From an uncultured bacterium (GTDB taxonomy: Bacteria > Krumholzibacteriota > Krumholzibacteriia > LZORAL124-64-63): 64,000 bases of DNA. Below are positions 47,119-58,100 of the stretch, piece by piece. The notes under the pieces are model-generated. The model did no database searches, was not told where the DNA came from, and worked only from the letters and a program-made list of their open reading frames with translations. The stretch spans positions 672,001 to 736,000 of the forward strand of contig CAVSGO010000005.1 in assembly GCA_963727525.1 (NCBI GenBank), written 5' to 3'. Numbering within the stretch: position 1 is the first letter of the stretch; the number at the start of each line of letters is the position of its first letter. Made by a program: the position numbers and the translations under genes.

Positions 47119-47673
47119 TTACTTCGCTTCGGGCACCGGATGCTTGATCTGCGCCCACATCTTGTCGTAGTCGAAAGCCTTGAAGGTCGGGCTGTTCTCG
47201 TTGTGGCACTTCTGGCAGAACTCGGCCCCCTTGGGCTCCATCAAACCAGCCGCGACCGCCGCCGCGTGGTCCTTCATCACCTTCATCGCCTTGTACTCGG
47301 AACCCGCGCCATGGCAGGCCTCGCAGCTCACGCCCTCGGCCGGCGTGTACTTCGTCTTCTCCGCGACCTTGACGTCGGCGCCCAGGAATCCGGTTACCGT
47401 GTGACACTTCAGACACTCGGGAGCCGCCTGCGGATCGCCAAGCCCCTTGTCGGCCGCGATCTTCTTCGCCTCGTCGGTCGCCAGCGTTTCGAAGGCCTTG
47501 GCATGCGCGCTACTCGACCATACGCCGTACTGATCACCTTTCGTGGCTGACTTGTGACACATCTTGCAACCGTCGACACCCACGATCTCGCCCTTGGTGC
47601 CCTCGGCGAACGCAGCGCCGGCGACCATGAGGAGCGAGACGAGGATCAACAACCCAACGCGACTCTTCTTCAT
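47119..47673 (-). CDS. Periplasmic tetraheme cytochrome c (c554-like family)
   Basis: Signal peptide; four CxxCH motifs CKMCH, CLKCH, CEACH, CQKCH; W..SAHAKAFETL. Confidence 0.92.
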   Translation of the reverse strand: MKKSRVGLLILVSLLMVAGAAFAEGTKGEIVGVDGCKMCHKSATKGDQYGVWSSSAHAKAFETLATDEAKKIAADKGLGDPQAAPECLKCHTVTGFLGADVKVAEKTKYTPAEGVSCEACHGAGSEYKAMKVMKDHAAAVAAGLMEPKGAEFCQKCHNENSPTFKAFDYDKMWAQIKHPVPEAK

Positions 47674-47696
47674 CGTGCGTCTCCTTTGCATCGGCT

Positions 47697-48866
47697 CTAG
47701 TGGAAGAGCCGGTCCAGCCAGTTACCCTTCGCAATCGCCGTCGCCGTCAATACCGGCACGGAACCAATCTCATGTCCATCGAGCAGAGCCACCGCCCTGC
47801 CCACCTGCTCCCCTTCGGCGAGCGGGGCCCGCAGGGTGGGTGGCAGATCCAGTTCGAGCTTCACCTCGTCACGCCGCGTCTTCGGCACCGTCACGGTTAA
47901 GGGTTCGGCGTAGACCAGGTGGACCTCCGCCGTCTTACCACCGTCGACCGCCACCGGTTCCGCAATGGCCTCCTTCGCATCGGCCACGAGCGTGACCGGA
48001 GTGTAGAGGCTGAACCCGTAGCTGAGCAACCGCGTGGTCTCGGTGGCGCGGGCACGATCGGTCGAACACCCCATCACGACCGAGATCAAGCGCTTACCTC
48101 TCTGGACGGCCGTTGCCGTGACGCAGTAGCCGGCTTGCGCATGGTAGCCCGTCTTCAGCCCGTCGAGCCCGCGATAGTGTCCGACGAGGTGATTCGGATT
48201 GTACAGCGTGAACTCGCCACCACGGAAGGGCACCCTGTCCATCGACGCCCACTTCAGGGATTCCGGGTGCTTGATCACCGCTTTGGCCAAGGTGGCCAGA
48301 TCGGAGGCCGTCGTCAAGTCCGGCTCCTGTCCTCGCCCCGGCGGCAGGCCATGCACGGAATGATACTCGGTATCATTCATGCCAAGACTCTGGGCTTTCA
48401 GGTTCATCAGGTCCACGAAGGCGGGCACGCTCCCCGCCACGTACTGGGCCAGGGCCACCGCCGCGTCATTCGCAGAGTGGACCGCGAGCGCTTCCAGCAG
48501 TTCCTCCACCGTGAACGTCTCCCCCTGCTTCAGGAAGACCTGCGAACCACCCATGCGGCTCGCTTTTGCCGAGACCGTGATGGTATCGCCCAGGGCGATG
48601 TCGCCGCTGCCGCAGCGATCGAGAACGATCAGTTCCGTCATCATCTTGACCATCGAGGCCGGTTGTCGGCGCTTGTGCGCATTCTTCTCGGCCAGGACGA
48701 TCCCTGTCTCAGCATCGACAACGATGGCGGACTTGAAGTCACCATCCAGAATGGCCGGCGCTTCGTTCTTGGAGGTGACCGCCGTGTCCGCCGGCTGCGT
48801 CGAGGCGACCGCAAGGCCGGCGAACATGAGAAATAGGAGGGTGTTGGCGAGATCCGTCTGCCGCAT
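47697..48866 (-). CDS. dacA: D-alanyl-D-alanine carboxypeptidase (peptidase S11, PBP5/6-like)
   Basis: PASMVK (SxxK), HSANDA (SxN), GLKTGY; PBP5 C-terminal domain. Confidence 0.92.
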   Translation of the reverse strand: MRQTDLANTLLFLMFAGLAVASTQPADTAVTSKNEAPAILDGDFKSAIVVDAETGIVLAEKNAHKRRQPASMVKMMTELIVLDRCGSGDIALGDTITVSAKASRMGGSQVFLKQGETFTVEELLEALAVHSANDAAVALAQYVAGSVPAFVDLMNLKAQSLGMNDTEYHSVHGLPPGRGQEPDLTTASDLATLAKAVIKHPESLKWASMDRVPFRGGEFTLYNPNHLVGHYRGLDGLKTGYHAQAGYCVTATAVQRGKRLISVVMGCSTDRARATETTRLLSYGFSLYTPVTLVADAKEAIAEPVAVDGGKTAEVHLVYAEPLTVTVPKTRRDEVKLELDLPPTLRAPLAEGEQVGRAVALLDGHEIGSVPVLTATAIAKGNWLDRLFH

Positions 48867-48906
48867 GTCCTCACTCCTTGGGGTCATCGCGAACGTGGGT
48901 CTTTCG

Positions 48907-48934
48907 AGGTTACTCTCCGGCCAAGGAATGTCAA
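48907..48934 (-). promoter_or_regulatory. Probable sigma70 promoter for dacA
   Basis: TTGACA (48934-48929), 16-nt spacer, TAACCT (48912-48907), ~40 nt upstream of the start. Confidence 0.5.
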
Positions 48935-48978
48935 GGAACGCCCCTGGAGGGTGCACCAGGCGGCAATCGGCCGCGATT

Positions 48979-49746
48979 TCAGTGCCGCGTCCCCACCCAT
49001 GGGCGCTGCCGGGACCAGTCGAGGACGCGGTCCGGGAAGTCGGTGAAGATGCCGTCCACGCCGAGACGCCGCATGAACTCGTATTCCCAGCGGTCGTTCA
49101 CGGTGAAGACGCGTACTCTCAGATCGCGGCGGTGCGCATCACGTACGAATCCGCTGCGGACGGCCCATTTGCCCACATGCACCGCCTGCGCTCCGATACG
49201 CACGGCCGCCTCCAGGACGTCCGTGTTCTCCCTTGCCGACGTGAGCGGCGCCAGGGGCAGTCGCGGATCGTGGTCGCGCACCACCTGCAACCATGACCAG
49301 TCGAACGATGAGACGACGAAATGTTCCGGCTTCCAGCCACCCGTTCCGACCACGCTGGCGAGCACGGTCGCCAGCAGTTCGGCCGTGCCGTCGCCCTTCA
49401 GCTCGATGTTCACGTGGGCACGCGCACTGACGAGGTCCAGCACTTCCTCCAGGAACGGAATGCGCTCGCCATGGCCAGCGTCGAGCCGACGCAGCGCACC
49501 CAGGGTGAACTGCCGCACGAAGCCGTGGCCGTCGGTGGTCCGATCCACGCGATCATCGTGCAACACGACGAGGCGGTCCTCGCAGCGGTGAATATCGAGT
49601 TCGATCCACGACGCGTCGAGCGCCAGGGCCCGGGAGAAGGCTCGCAGCGTGTTCTCCGGTTCCTGGCCGCTCGCACCACGGTGAGCGATGCAGATCGGGC
49701 GAAAGATTGCGGATCGCGTCGGGGAACCCGTCTCGGCGTGGGGCAT
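48979..49746 (-). CDS. Glycerophosphodiester phosphodiesterase (GDPD)
   Basis: IAHRGASGQEPENTL, IELD, HDDRVDRTTDG, NIELK, SSF, FTVN, GVDGIFTDFP. Confidence 0.93.
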   Translation of the reverse strand: MPHAETGSPTRSAIFRPICIAHRGASGQEPENTLRAFSRALALDASWIELDIHRCEDRLVVLHDDRVDRTTDGHGFVRQFTLGALRRLDAGHGERIPFLEEVLDLVSARAHVNIELKGDGTAELLATVLASVVGTGGWKPEHFVVSSFDWSWLQVVRDHDPRLPLAPLTSARENTDVLEAAVRIGAQAVHVGKWAVRSGFVRDAHRRDLRVRVFTVNDRWEYEFMRRLGVDGIFTDFPDRVLDWSRQRPWVGTRH

Positions 49747-49837
49747 GGGAGGTCCTCCTCGGGTGAGGGAACGGAAGGGCCTCGGGTTTGTCAACCACCA
49801 CCACCGTTGCCTGCGCGAGGCGCCGCCCGCCGCAAAG

Positions 49838-49866
49838 CGGCCCCCGCTCGCGAGAGCCGGGGGCCG
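49838..49866 (-). terminator. GC-rich hairpin downstream of mscL
   Basis: CGGCCCCCGCTC-GCGA-GAGCCGGGGGCCG followed by a short U tract on the minus strand. Confidence 0.5.
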
Positions 49867-49889
49867 TCCGGGAAAGCCTGGGCGCGCAC

Positions 49890-50345
49890 TCAACCGAGCG
49901 AGGACGTGCACTGCGGGCACCGCGTCGCCTTGATCGCGACTGGCGACATGCAGAACGGGCAGTCCTTCGTCGTCGGCGCGGGGGCCGGCGCCGGCGCCTC
50001 CTTGCGGTGCATCGAGTTGACGCCTTTCACGAGCATGAAGATCGCGAAGGCGACGATGAGGAAGCTGATCACCGTGTTGAGAAACATGCCGTAGTTGACG
50101 GTCACGGCACCGGCGGCCGCCGCATCGGCCACGGTCGCGTAGGGTCCCGCCACGTCGGCGCCCTGCTTGAGGACGGCGAAGAGATTCGAGAAGTCGACCC
50201 CGCCCAGAAGCAGCCCGATCGGGGGCATGATGATGTCGGCCACGAGGCTCTTGACGATGGATCCGAATGCCGCACCGATCATGATACCCACTGCCATGTC
50301 CATGACATTGCCACGCAAGATGAACGTCTTGAATTCCTTGATCAT
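49890..50345 (-). CDS. mscL: Large-conductance mechanosensitive channel with C-terminal zinc ribbon
   Basis: [47 protein letters not shown]...CPQC tail. Confidence 0.95.
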   Translation of the reverse strand: MIKEFKTFILRGNVMDMAVGIMIGAAFGSIVKSLVADIIMPPIGLLLGGVDFSNLFAVLKQGADVAGPYATVADAAAAGAVTVNYGMFLNTVISFLIVAFAIFMLVKGVNSMHRKEAPAPAPAPTTKDCPFCMSPVAIKATRCPQCTSSLG

Positions 50346-50474
50346 CCCATCATCCTCCAGATTGGTGTTTCGGGTCCGGGAGCGCGTACGGCACGTCCCT
50401 GCAACCGAAGGTCGACGGCACTGCTCGGCGATATGATTGGTCCCTATCACGAAAAGATCCAGCGAAAAACGGGA

Positions 50475-51179
50475 TTATTTACGGCTACGGATCTCATCGA
50501 TCAGGTCCATCTGGATCTCCTGGATCTCGAGGAGACGTTCCCACTGGTGCGTGAGCAGGTGGTCGAGCTTCTGATGGAGCTGACGGATCTCGAGCTCCGC
50601 CTTCAGGTTGATCTGGTAGTCGTGTTCCGAGCGCGCGCGGTCGCGACTCTCCTGGCGCTTCTGGCTCATCATGATGACCGGTGCCTGCAATGCCGCAACG
50701 CACGAGAGCACGAGGTTCAGGAGGATGAACGGATAGGGATCGAACGGATGGCGCGTGAGCACCACGAGATTCGTGAGTATCCAGATCACCAGGATGCCAC
50801 CGAAAGCCAGAATGAACGACCAGGACCCCCCGAAGCTGGCGATATGATCGGCAAGGCGCTGGCCGTAGGTGAAGTCGGCGACGAACTCCTCCTCGGGATT
50901 GTGGGCGAGGATCTCGTGCTGACGCAGGCTCTCGAGCACCTCCCGTTCCAGATCGGTCAGCTCGCCCTTGTCGGCCGTCAGGAGCGACTGCACGTACGCT
51001 TGCCGGAATCGCTGCAGGTCATCCAGGCAGATCCAGCCCGCCTGGTCCCAGTGCCCTATTTCCCGCGTGATGAGATCGGCCACGGCGGGCCGCACGATGA
51101 TGGACGGACGCAGATCAGTCTGCTTGCCGGCGCCGCACACCTGGCATGTGGGGTGAAGAGCGCGATGCGTGCGCGTCAT
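50475..51179 (-). CDS. DUF1003 domain membrane protein
   Basis: GQRLADHIASFGGSW, FDPYPFILLNLVLS, APVIMMSQ, NLKAELEI. Confidence 0.93.
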   Translation of the reverse strand: MTRTHRALHPTCQVCGAGKQTDLRPSIIVRPAVADLITREIGHWDQAGWICLDDLQRFRQAYVQSLLTADKGELTDLEREVLESLRQHEILAHNPEEEFVADFTYGQRLADHIASFGGSWSFILAFGGILVIWILTNLVVLTRHPFDPYPFILLNLVLSCVAALQAPVIMMSQKRQESRDRARSEHDYQINLKAELEIRQLHQKLDHLLTHQWERLLEIQEIQMDLIDEIRSRK

Positions 51180-51248
51180 GAATCCCCATTTCTCTCGCGG
51201 CGAGCTGCCACGATCTGACGCCACTCATTGGTACCCGGGGCGAGGACC

Positions 51249-51518
51249 CTACCGAGGGCGGCGAACACGGTCTCGGCGGTGGGTGTACCAGCGGCCGCCG
51301 AGAAACTGGCCGGCCGCGTAGGCGCCGACCAGGGCCGGATACGTGACGAAATGGAAGCCGAGGCCCGCGAGGAAGCGCAAGCCGATGATCATCGGCACCG
51401 GGGCGTGCACCGCCACGAACCACTGCCATGAGAACTTGCGCACGCCAGCGCGCCAGTAGCCGAACGGCAGGTTGAGCAGGAGCACCACCACCGCCACCGC
51501 GGTGAGCTTGGTCGCCAT
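51249..51518 (-). CDS. Small membrane hypothetical protein
   Basis: LNLPFGYWRA...KFSWQWFVAVHAPVP; three hydrophobic helices; GGGAG SD. Confidence 0.8.
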   Translation of the reverse strand: MATKLTAVAVVVLLLNLPFGYWRAGVRKFSWQWFVAVHAPVPMIIGLRFLAGLGFHFVTYPALVGAYAAGQFLGGRWYTHRRDRVRRPR

Positions 51519-51537
51519 GACGGGATCTCCCGTTCGC

Positions 51538-51924
51538 TCAGAGACGATCGAGCACGCGGGCAAGCTGCGTGCGCACGGCCTCACCGATGGGGACGAGCGC
51601 CTCGTTGCCCACGGCCTGCATCGAGGCCACGGGATCGATGGCCGCCACCTCGACACGGCCGTCGGGCCACTGTTGCACGATGAGGTTGCACGGCAGCATG
51701 AGGCCGATCTTGTCCTCGGCCTCGAGCGCCTGGTGGGCGAGGGTCGGCTTGCAGGCGCCGAGAATGCGATAGGGACGGAAATCCGCGCCCAGCTTGGCCT
51801 TGATCGTCGCCTGGACGTCGATCTCGGTGAGGACGCCGAACCCCTCGTTCTTGAGTTCCCTGGTGACCGTCTCGATCGCCTCGTCGAAGGGCATCGACAC
51901 GAACCGGTTGACGTAATAGCTCAT
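51538..51924 (-). CDS. DUF302 domain protein
   Basis: GFGVLTEIDVQATIKAKLG, YRILGAC, IGLMLPCN. Confidence 0.93.
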   Translation of the reverse strand: MSYYVNRFVSMPFDEAIETVTRELKNEGFGVLTEIDVQATIKAKLGADFRPYRILGACKPTLAHQALEAEDKIGLMLPCNLIVQQWPDGRVEVAAIDPVASMQAVGNEALVPIGEAVRTQLARVLDRL

Positions 51925-52000
51925 CGCATTCCCTCTCCTCGCTTGGGCGACTGCGGCATCTCGCGAACCGCCTGGTCTGCGAGCCATGATAAACCGCGAG

Positions 52001-52402
52001 TCAGCTCCAGGCCAGGAGACGCTGCCACATGGTCGGCGGCACCGGCATCACCGAGAGTCGAGAGATACGCACGAGATCGAAGCTCGCGAAGGCGGCGTCC
52101 GCTTTGATCTCCGCGAGCGCGACCGGGCGCTCGAGACGCGCCTCCGGCGCGAGATCCACGACCACGTAGCGAGGGTCGTCGAGGCCGGGATCGGGATACG
52201 GAGCGCGCACCACGCGGGCGCGGCCGACGATGCGCCGCTCCTTGCCCGTGTGATAGACGAGTACGGCGTCGCCCACGGCGAAACGTCGCAGATGGATCAG
52301 AGCCGTGGCGTTGCGTACCCCATCCCAGACGCCGCGTCCCTCGGCCTCGAGATCATCATACGCGTACTCGTCCGGTTCGGTCTTCACGAGCCATCGGTTC
52401 AT
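52001..52402 (-). CDS. EVE domain protein
   Basis: WLVKTEP, WDGVRN, YHTG, ISRLSVMPV. Confidence 0.93.
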   Translation of the reverse strand: MNRWLVKTEPDEYAYDDLEAEGRGVWDGVRNATALIHLRRFAVGDAVLVYHTGKERRIVGRARVVRAPYPDPGLDDPRYVVVDLAPEARLERPVALAEIKADAAFASFDLVRISRLSVMPVPPTMWQRLLAWS

Positions 52403-52404
52403 CG

Positions 52405-52776
52405 TTACCCCCGTTGCCGCAGGGCCACACCAGCTAGCCAGGCCCAGGCGAAGAGAAAGGCCACACCGCCCAGCGGGGTGATCGCGCCGAACCAGCGCGG
52501 CGCGCCCAGCGCCAGCGCGTAGAGACTGCCCGCGAAGATCACGATGCCGATTCCCAGGGCCACCGCGGCCGGTGTCAGGGACCAGCCCGGCCGCTGCCAC
52601 GCCAGGATGCCGAGGGCCACCAGGGCGAGGGCATGGACCATCTGATAGAAGACGGCGGTGTGCCACAGGTCCTGGCCGCGCTCGTCCAGGACGTTGCGCA
52701 GCGTGTGGGCGCCGAACGCACCGAGCGCCACGCCCAGGAAACCGGCGATCGCGCCGGCTGCGATCCAGGAGCGCAT
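52405..52776 (-). CDS. DUF423 small membrane protein
   Basis: VALGAFGAH, TAVFYQMVHAL, FAGSLYAL, GAITPLGG. Confidence 0.93.
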   Translation of the reverse strand: MRSWIAAGAIAGFLGVALGAFGAHTLRNVLDERGQDLWHTAVFYQMVHALALVALGILAWQRPGWSLTPAAVALGIGIVIFAGSLYALALGAPRWFGAITPLGGVAFLFAWAWLAGVALRQRG

Positions 52777-52803
52777 CGGTCCTCCCGGGGACGGGGCCGG
52801 CCG

Positions 52804-53172
52804 TCAGGCGGCCGGCTGGTAGAGCTGCGACGCGTCGAGGTAGATCTCGTACTCGACCACCTCGTCACCGCGCAGCGTGATGATGTCGGCGAACGGCACG
52901 CTCAGCGTGGAACCGTCGTGACGCGTGTAGGTGACCTGGCCCCGGCACAGGAGCGTGGTGTCGACGATCCATACGTCGCGCAGCTCGTGGGCGAGGGCCC
53001 GGATGCTCTGGAAGAAGCCCCCCACCGCCTCGCGTACGGCGCTGCGGCCCGGCACGGCGGGCGCATTGGCGAAGCGGAAGGCGCCGTCTTCCGCGAAGAG
53101 AGCGGCAAACCCCTCGGTATCCTTGCGATCGATCGTCCGGAACAGGTCGGTGGCGAATTCGCGTGTCAACAT
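52804..53172 (-). CDS. SnoaL-like / NTF2-family protein
   Basis: FAALFAEDGAFRFANAP..GRSAV, VTYTRHDG, YEIYLD. Confidence 0.88.
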   Translation of the reverse strand: MLTREFATDLFRTIDRKDTEGFAALFAEDGAFRFANAPAVPGRSAVREAVGGFFQSIRALAHELRDVWIVDTTLLCRGQVTYTRHDGSTLSVPFADIITLRGDEVVEYEIYLDASQLYQPAA

Positions 53173-53319
53173 CGGTCTCTCCAGGATCGAGTAGAAGATC
53201 TATGGTTCGACTGCAGGCGCCGGTGGCCGGCCGCCAACACGAGGATGGGCATTGGCCAAGGCTCATATATACTGACGACTAGGATGTCGCGCTTCCCCGT
53301 CGCGAGGGAGAATTTCAAC

Positions 53320-55170
53320 GTGCACCGCTCTGGCCTTCGGGCCCCGCGACACTCGAGGATCGGCTCCACGACCCGCGGCGGACCGTGGTGCGTCGTCCTC
53401 GCGGTCTTGCTCGCAGCGGGCTTCGCCCAGGCGCAGAAGGGTGGCGACCCGGAGCAATACAAGGGTTGGACCGTCTCCAACCTCTGGGTGAGCGGCGTCG
53501 CCGACGACCTCGTCGACGCCCTGAAGAGCGGTCTCGCTCTCGCCGATCAGTCAGGTCTGCTCAGCACGCAGACCACGACGTTCTATCCGAAGGACCTCGC
53601 GCAGGACATCAATCGCGTCCGCCTCTTCATGGCGCGGCACGGGTACCCGCGGGCCACGGTGAGCGCACGATTCACGCCCGCCGCGCGCGATCGCTCCGTC
53701 GCCGTGCAACTCATCGTGACGCCGGGCGCACCGGTGCGCGTGGCCGATGTCGCGCTCGAAGGCCTGCCGCCGGACCTGCCGAGCGATGGCGGCAAGGTCG
53801 TGACCCTGAAGACGGGACAGCCCGTGATCGACAGCGAGGTGCGCGCGAGTGCCCAGGCCATCGAGCACCGGCTGCGCGAGGCCGGGCACGCGAAGGCGAC
53901 GGTCACGCCGCGGATCGAGATCCGGGCGCCGGGCGAGGCCGTGGTCCACTTCGTCGCGGAGCCCGGGCCGGTGTACCGGTTCGCCGGCGTCGAGGTGACC
54001 GGTATCGGGCCGCCGCTCTCGGACCTGGCGGTTCGTGTGGCCGACATCGACGCGGGCGGCCGCTACTCGCCGCGGCGGATCACGCGCGCCCAGGACAATC
54101 TGCGCTCGCTGAACGTGTTCCGGAAGATCAAGCTCGGGATGCGCGCCGCCGGCGGCGACTCCCTGATCGTGGAAGCCGAGCTGGCAAACCGCGACCCGCG
54201 CACGCTCGAGATGAGTGCCGGCTACTGGACCGACGAGGGGCCGCGCGGGCGCGTGCGGTGGCTCCATCGCAACCTCTGGCTGCGCGCGCGATCCCTGGAA
54301 CTGAGCGGATCGCTGTCGCGGTACACGCTCGACACGAGCATGGCGCTGCGCTGGCCCGCACTCATCGGCGTGCACATCTGGGGCCTCACGAGCGTGGGCT
54401 ACACGATCGAACACGAGGACGCCTACAACCTGAACAACCTCGAGTTCGACGGCAGCCTCGCCTACCTCTTCTCGCGCTGGGCGTCGATACAGGCCGGTTT
54501 CGCCCTGTCGAGTGTGACGGTAGACGTGAAGACGGACGACCGTGCCGCGCTCGACGTGCAGAGCGGCTTCCTGCCCTCGCTGCACCTGCGCTGGCAGAGC
54601 GACAACACCGACGACCGCGTGGATCCCACGCATGGCACGACGTCGCTGATCGCCACCGAATGGTCACCCCGGGCCTTCGGTTCGAACAACCCCTTCGCGT
54701 CCGTCGAGGGGCGTGGCACCTATTATCACCCCGTCGCCGGCAACACGGTGTTTGCGTGCCGCCTCGATCTGGGTTGGGCACGGCCGATCGACGGCGCCAC
54801 GAGCCTGCTGCCGAACAAGCGTTTCTACGCGGGCGGCGCCCTCTCGATGCGCGGCGCGCGCCGGCGCGCGCTGGGTCCGCTCGACAGCGCGGGCGATCCG
54901 CTGGGTGGTGAGGCGCTCGTGCTGGCGTCGGCGGAGCTTCGCGTACCGCTGTACGGCAAGCTGCATGCCGCCACCTTCATCGACAGCGGGCAGGTCTGGG
55001 CGCGGCACGACAACGTGAACCTGCGCGATCTGGAGACGGCGGTGGGCCCGGCGCTGATGGTGATGACGCCCGTAGGCCCCATCCGCATCGACGTGGCCTT
55101 CAACCTGGCGCGGCGGCCGCACGACAAGCCGCAGACGCTCTGGCACCTGATCATCGGGCAGCCGTTCTGA
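53320..55170 (+). CDS. tamA: TamA/BamA-family Omp85 outer-membrane protein with POTRA domains
   Basis: POTRA-like repeats (RHGYP, EAGH, LNVF); RFYAGGALSMRG, GG.A....SAELR, FIDSG, TPVGPIRID, terminal IGQPF. Confidence 0.85.
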   Translation: MHRSGLRAPRHSRIGSTTRGGPWCVVLAVLLAAGFAQAQKGGDPEQYKGWTVSNLWVSGVADDLVDALKSGLALADQSGLLSTQTTTFYPKDLAQDINRVRLFMARHGYPRATVSARFTPAARDRSVAVQLIVTPGAPVRVADVALEGLPPDLPSDGGKVVTLKTGQPVIDSEVRASAQAIEHRLREAGHAKATVTPRIEIRAPGEAVVHFVAEPGPVYRFAGVEVTGIGPPLSDLAVRVADIDAGGRYSPRRITRAQDNLRSLNVFRKIKLGMRAAGGDSLIVEAELANRDPRTLEMSAGYWTDEGPRGRVRWLHRNLWLRARSLELSGSLSRYTLDTSMALRWPALIGVHIWGLTSVGYTIEHEDAYNLNNLEFDGSLAYLFSRWASIQAGFALSSVTVDVKTDDRAALDVQSGFLPSLHLRWQSDNTDDRVDPTHGTTSLIATEWSPRAFGSNNPFASVEGRGTYYHPVAGNTVFACRLDLGWARPIDGATSLLPNKRFYAGGALSMRGARRRALGPLDSAGDPLGGEALVLASAELRVPLYGKLHAATFIDSGQVWARHDNVNLRDLETAVGPALMVMTPVGPIRIDVAFNLARRPHDKPQTLWHLIIGQPF

Positions 55171-55198
55171 CGGCACCCGGGAAAGGACCCTCGACTCG

Positions 55199-58100
55199 AT
55201 GAGCCGCAGCCGGCTTCGCCGCATCCTCGTCATCCTCGGCCGCATTCTGGCCGCGGTGGTGGGGATCGTCGTGCTCGTGCTGCTCCTGCTTTTGCTGCCG
55301 CCGGTACGAGGACGCGTGCTCGAGTTCGCGCTGCCACGGGTCACGGGCGCCTTGCCCGGCGAGGTGACGGTGGGTTCGGCACGCTGGCCAGGTCCCGGGC
55401 ACATCGAGCTGGCCGACGTGCTCTGGACGGCCGATGGCGACACCCTGTTGTCGCTGGCACGCACCGACGTGGACGTGGCGCTGCGCCCCCTGCTGTCCGG
55501 CGACCTGCACCTGCACACCCTTGATCTTGGCGAGCTGCGTGCCGACTGGCCGGCGTTGCAGGCGCACATACTGCAGGCAGCGGATTCGACAGCGAGCGTG
55601 GGCTCTGGTAGCGGCTTCCCGCGAGTGGGCGCGATCGCGGCCGTACCGTCGGTGGCCATCGACCGACTGGCGATCACGGCGCCGAGCCTGCGTGTGACGG
55701 CGTCCATGCCGCCGCTCGCGGCCCGACTGCGCGGCAACCTCGACGTGCTGGCCGGGCACGATCCGGCGGTGACCATCGACACCCTGCGGGTGCTGGCCAC
55801 ACCCACGCCGCAGTGGCCCCTGGTGCTGCACGCGAGCACGCCGCAACCCGGCCAGGTGCACCTCGCAGTGGCGCGGCGCGACGCCGCGGCGCCGGTGGAG
55901 CGCGACCCCGGCCTCGACGTCGTCGTCACGCTGCAAGGCGATCCCGCGGTGCCCGTGCACCTCGGAGTGCGGGCCGACGTGCGCACACCGAACCTTGGCG
56001 AGCGCCCCGGCGTGCGCGCGTCGCTCCAGGGTGCCGTCACGCTGGACAGGCACGCGGTGGTGCTCGACAGCCTCGCCATACGGTCATCCGACTTGGACGT
56101 ATGGCTGCGCGGCCGTTACGCGGCCGACGAGACCGACACGCCGCTGACCGCCACCCTCGCCGTCGACGCACGCGGCTACCGGTTGGCCGCGGGCTTCGCG
56201 TATTCCCCGGGCGACACCACGCTCCGGTCGACCCCGCTCGTCGTGCTGCCCGCCGGCGCCGACCCACGCCAGGCGCAGGGCGCCGAGCGCTCCGGCCAGG
56301 TGACGCGCCACGGCGACGGGGCCATCGCGGCGCGCGATCTCAGGGTGCGCGGAGCGGCCGGGGACATCAACCTCTCCGGCCGCTACGCTCCCGACGGGAC
56401 GAGCCATCTCGATCTCACCACGCGCTGGCCGGCGCCGCCGGAGTTGCTACTGGCGCTTCTGCCCCTCGAGCCCGCGCAACGCGATACGTTGCGTGCAGTG
56501 TGGCCTGCCGACACGCCGACGCTGCAGGTCCAGGCCGACGCCACACGGCGCGGCGAGCGCACCCAGGCGCGGGCGCACGCGCGGTTCGTGCTGCCCGGGC
56601 CCGTGACGCTGGGCCGGGCCTTCGGCGCGAAGACGCCATCGCACGCGGGCGGTCCGCTGCGCGGTACGCTCGACGTGGACGGCGCCGTGGGCGGCGGCGA
56701 TCCCGCCGTGCACGCCTTCCTCGATCTCGCCGGCACGCCATGGCTCGCGGAGGGCAAGCTCGCCGCGAACTGGCAGCCACGCGGTGTGACGATCGATTCC
56801 GCGCGTTTCACGGGCGACGGCCTCTCGCTGACCGCGCGAGGCGGCCTGCGCGACGAGAGCTGCGATCTGCGCGGCAACCTCCATGTGGTCTGGCCCGACG
56901 CGCAGACGTGGCTACCGGATGTGGGCTACGACGACACGCGGGCCGACGTCACAGCTGACCTCACGGTGGGCGGTGCGTTGCACGCCCCCGTCGTGGAAGC
57001 CACGCTCCACGGCAACGTGGCGGCGACCGACCTCGCGCTGCCGGAACTGACGGGAACGCTGCGCTACGGTGATGACGGGCTCGCCGCACATCTGCGCGCG
57101 CCCCAGGGAGTGGGCGTGGGCACCGTGCACCTGGACAGCATCACGGTCGGCGCCACGACGGCTGGCCGCGCAACCATGATGCCGGTCGACCTGTCGATCG
57201 ACGCCGTGAGTGCGGATCTCGCCTGGTCTCAGCGCGCGCGCCTGCGCACGGGGGACGCGCTGACCCTGCGCACCGACTCCCTCGCAGTGCGGGCCGGCAA
57301 GCTCGCCCTGCACGCCACGCAGCCGTTCACCGTCGCGCAGGCGGCCGGCCGACGAGGTGTCACCATCGCCGACCTCGACCTCGCCGGCAGTGGCCAGGTG
57401 ACGGTCGACGGCTACGTGAGCCGGGACAGCCTCGATCTCGCGGCGAACCTGGCGCTCGACTTGCCGGAGGAGCCGAGCCTGATCGCGCGGCCGATGCTGC
57501 TGTGGCCCCGGCACCTCGACGCCCGCATCGACGCGCAAAGCTGGCGCGACGTGCAGGCGCAGGTGACGGCCACCGGTCTGGAACTGGGCCGCAGCGAGGA
57601 CCTCGACGCGCGTCTGGCGATCACCGGCACGCCCGACTCCACCCACGTGACCCTGCGGCTCGGCGACGACGCCCAGGCGCTGGCCGCGGGCGACGCGCGT
57701 CTGCCGGCCCTGAGCACGTTGCTGAACGCGGGCGCGGAACACGCGTCGCTGCCGCTGCAAGGCCGCCTGACGCTGACCCGATGCCCGCTGCCACGCGCGT
57801 TGTTGCAGCTGCCGCCCGATCCCACCGCCCCCGATCCCACCCTCGCCGGCTCGGTAGCCATGACGGGCACGGCGGCAGCTCCATCGCTCGACGCCGACAT
57901 CACCCTCGGCTTCCCCGACTGGCCCAAGCTGGCGAGCTTCACGGCCCGCTTCCTGGGCCGGGTGCGCCCGGCCGGCACCGATTCGTCCGGCGTGACGGCC
58001 CGCCTCACCCTCGACGGCCTGCAGCGCCACCTGCTGAGCGCCGCCTTCGCCTGGCCGGGCGAGCTCTCGCTCGCGCCCGTGCAGTGGCAACCCGGCGACG

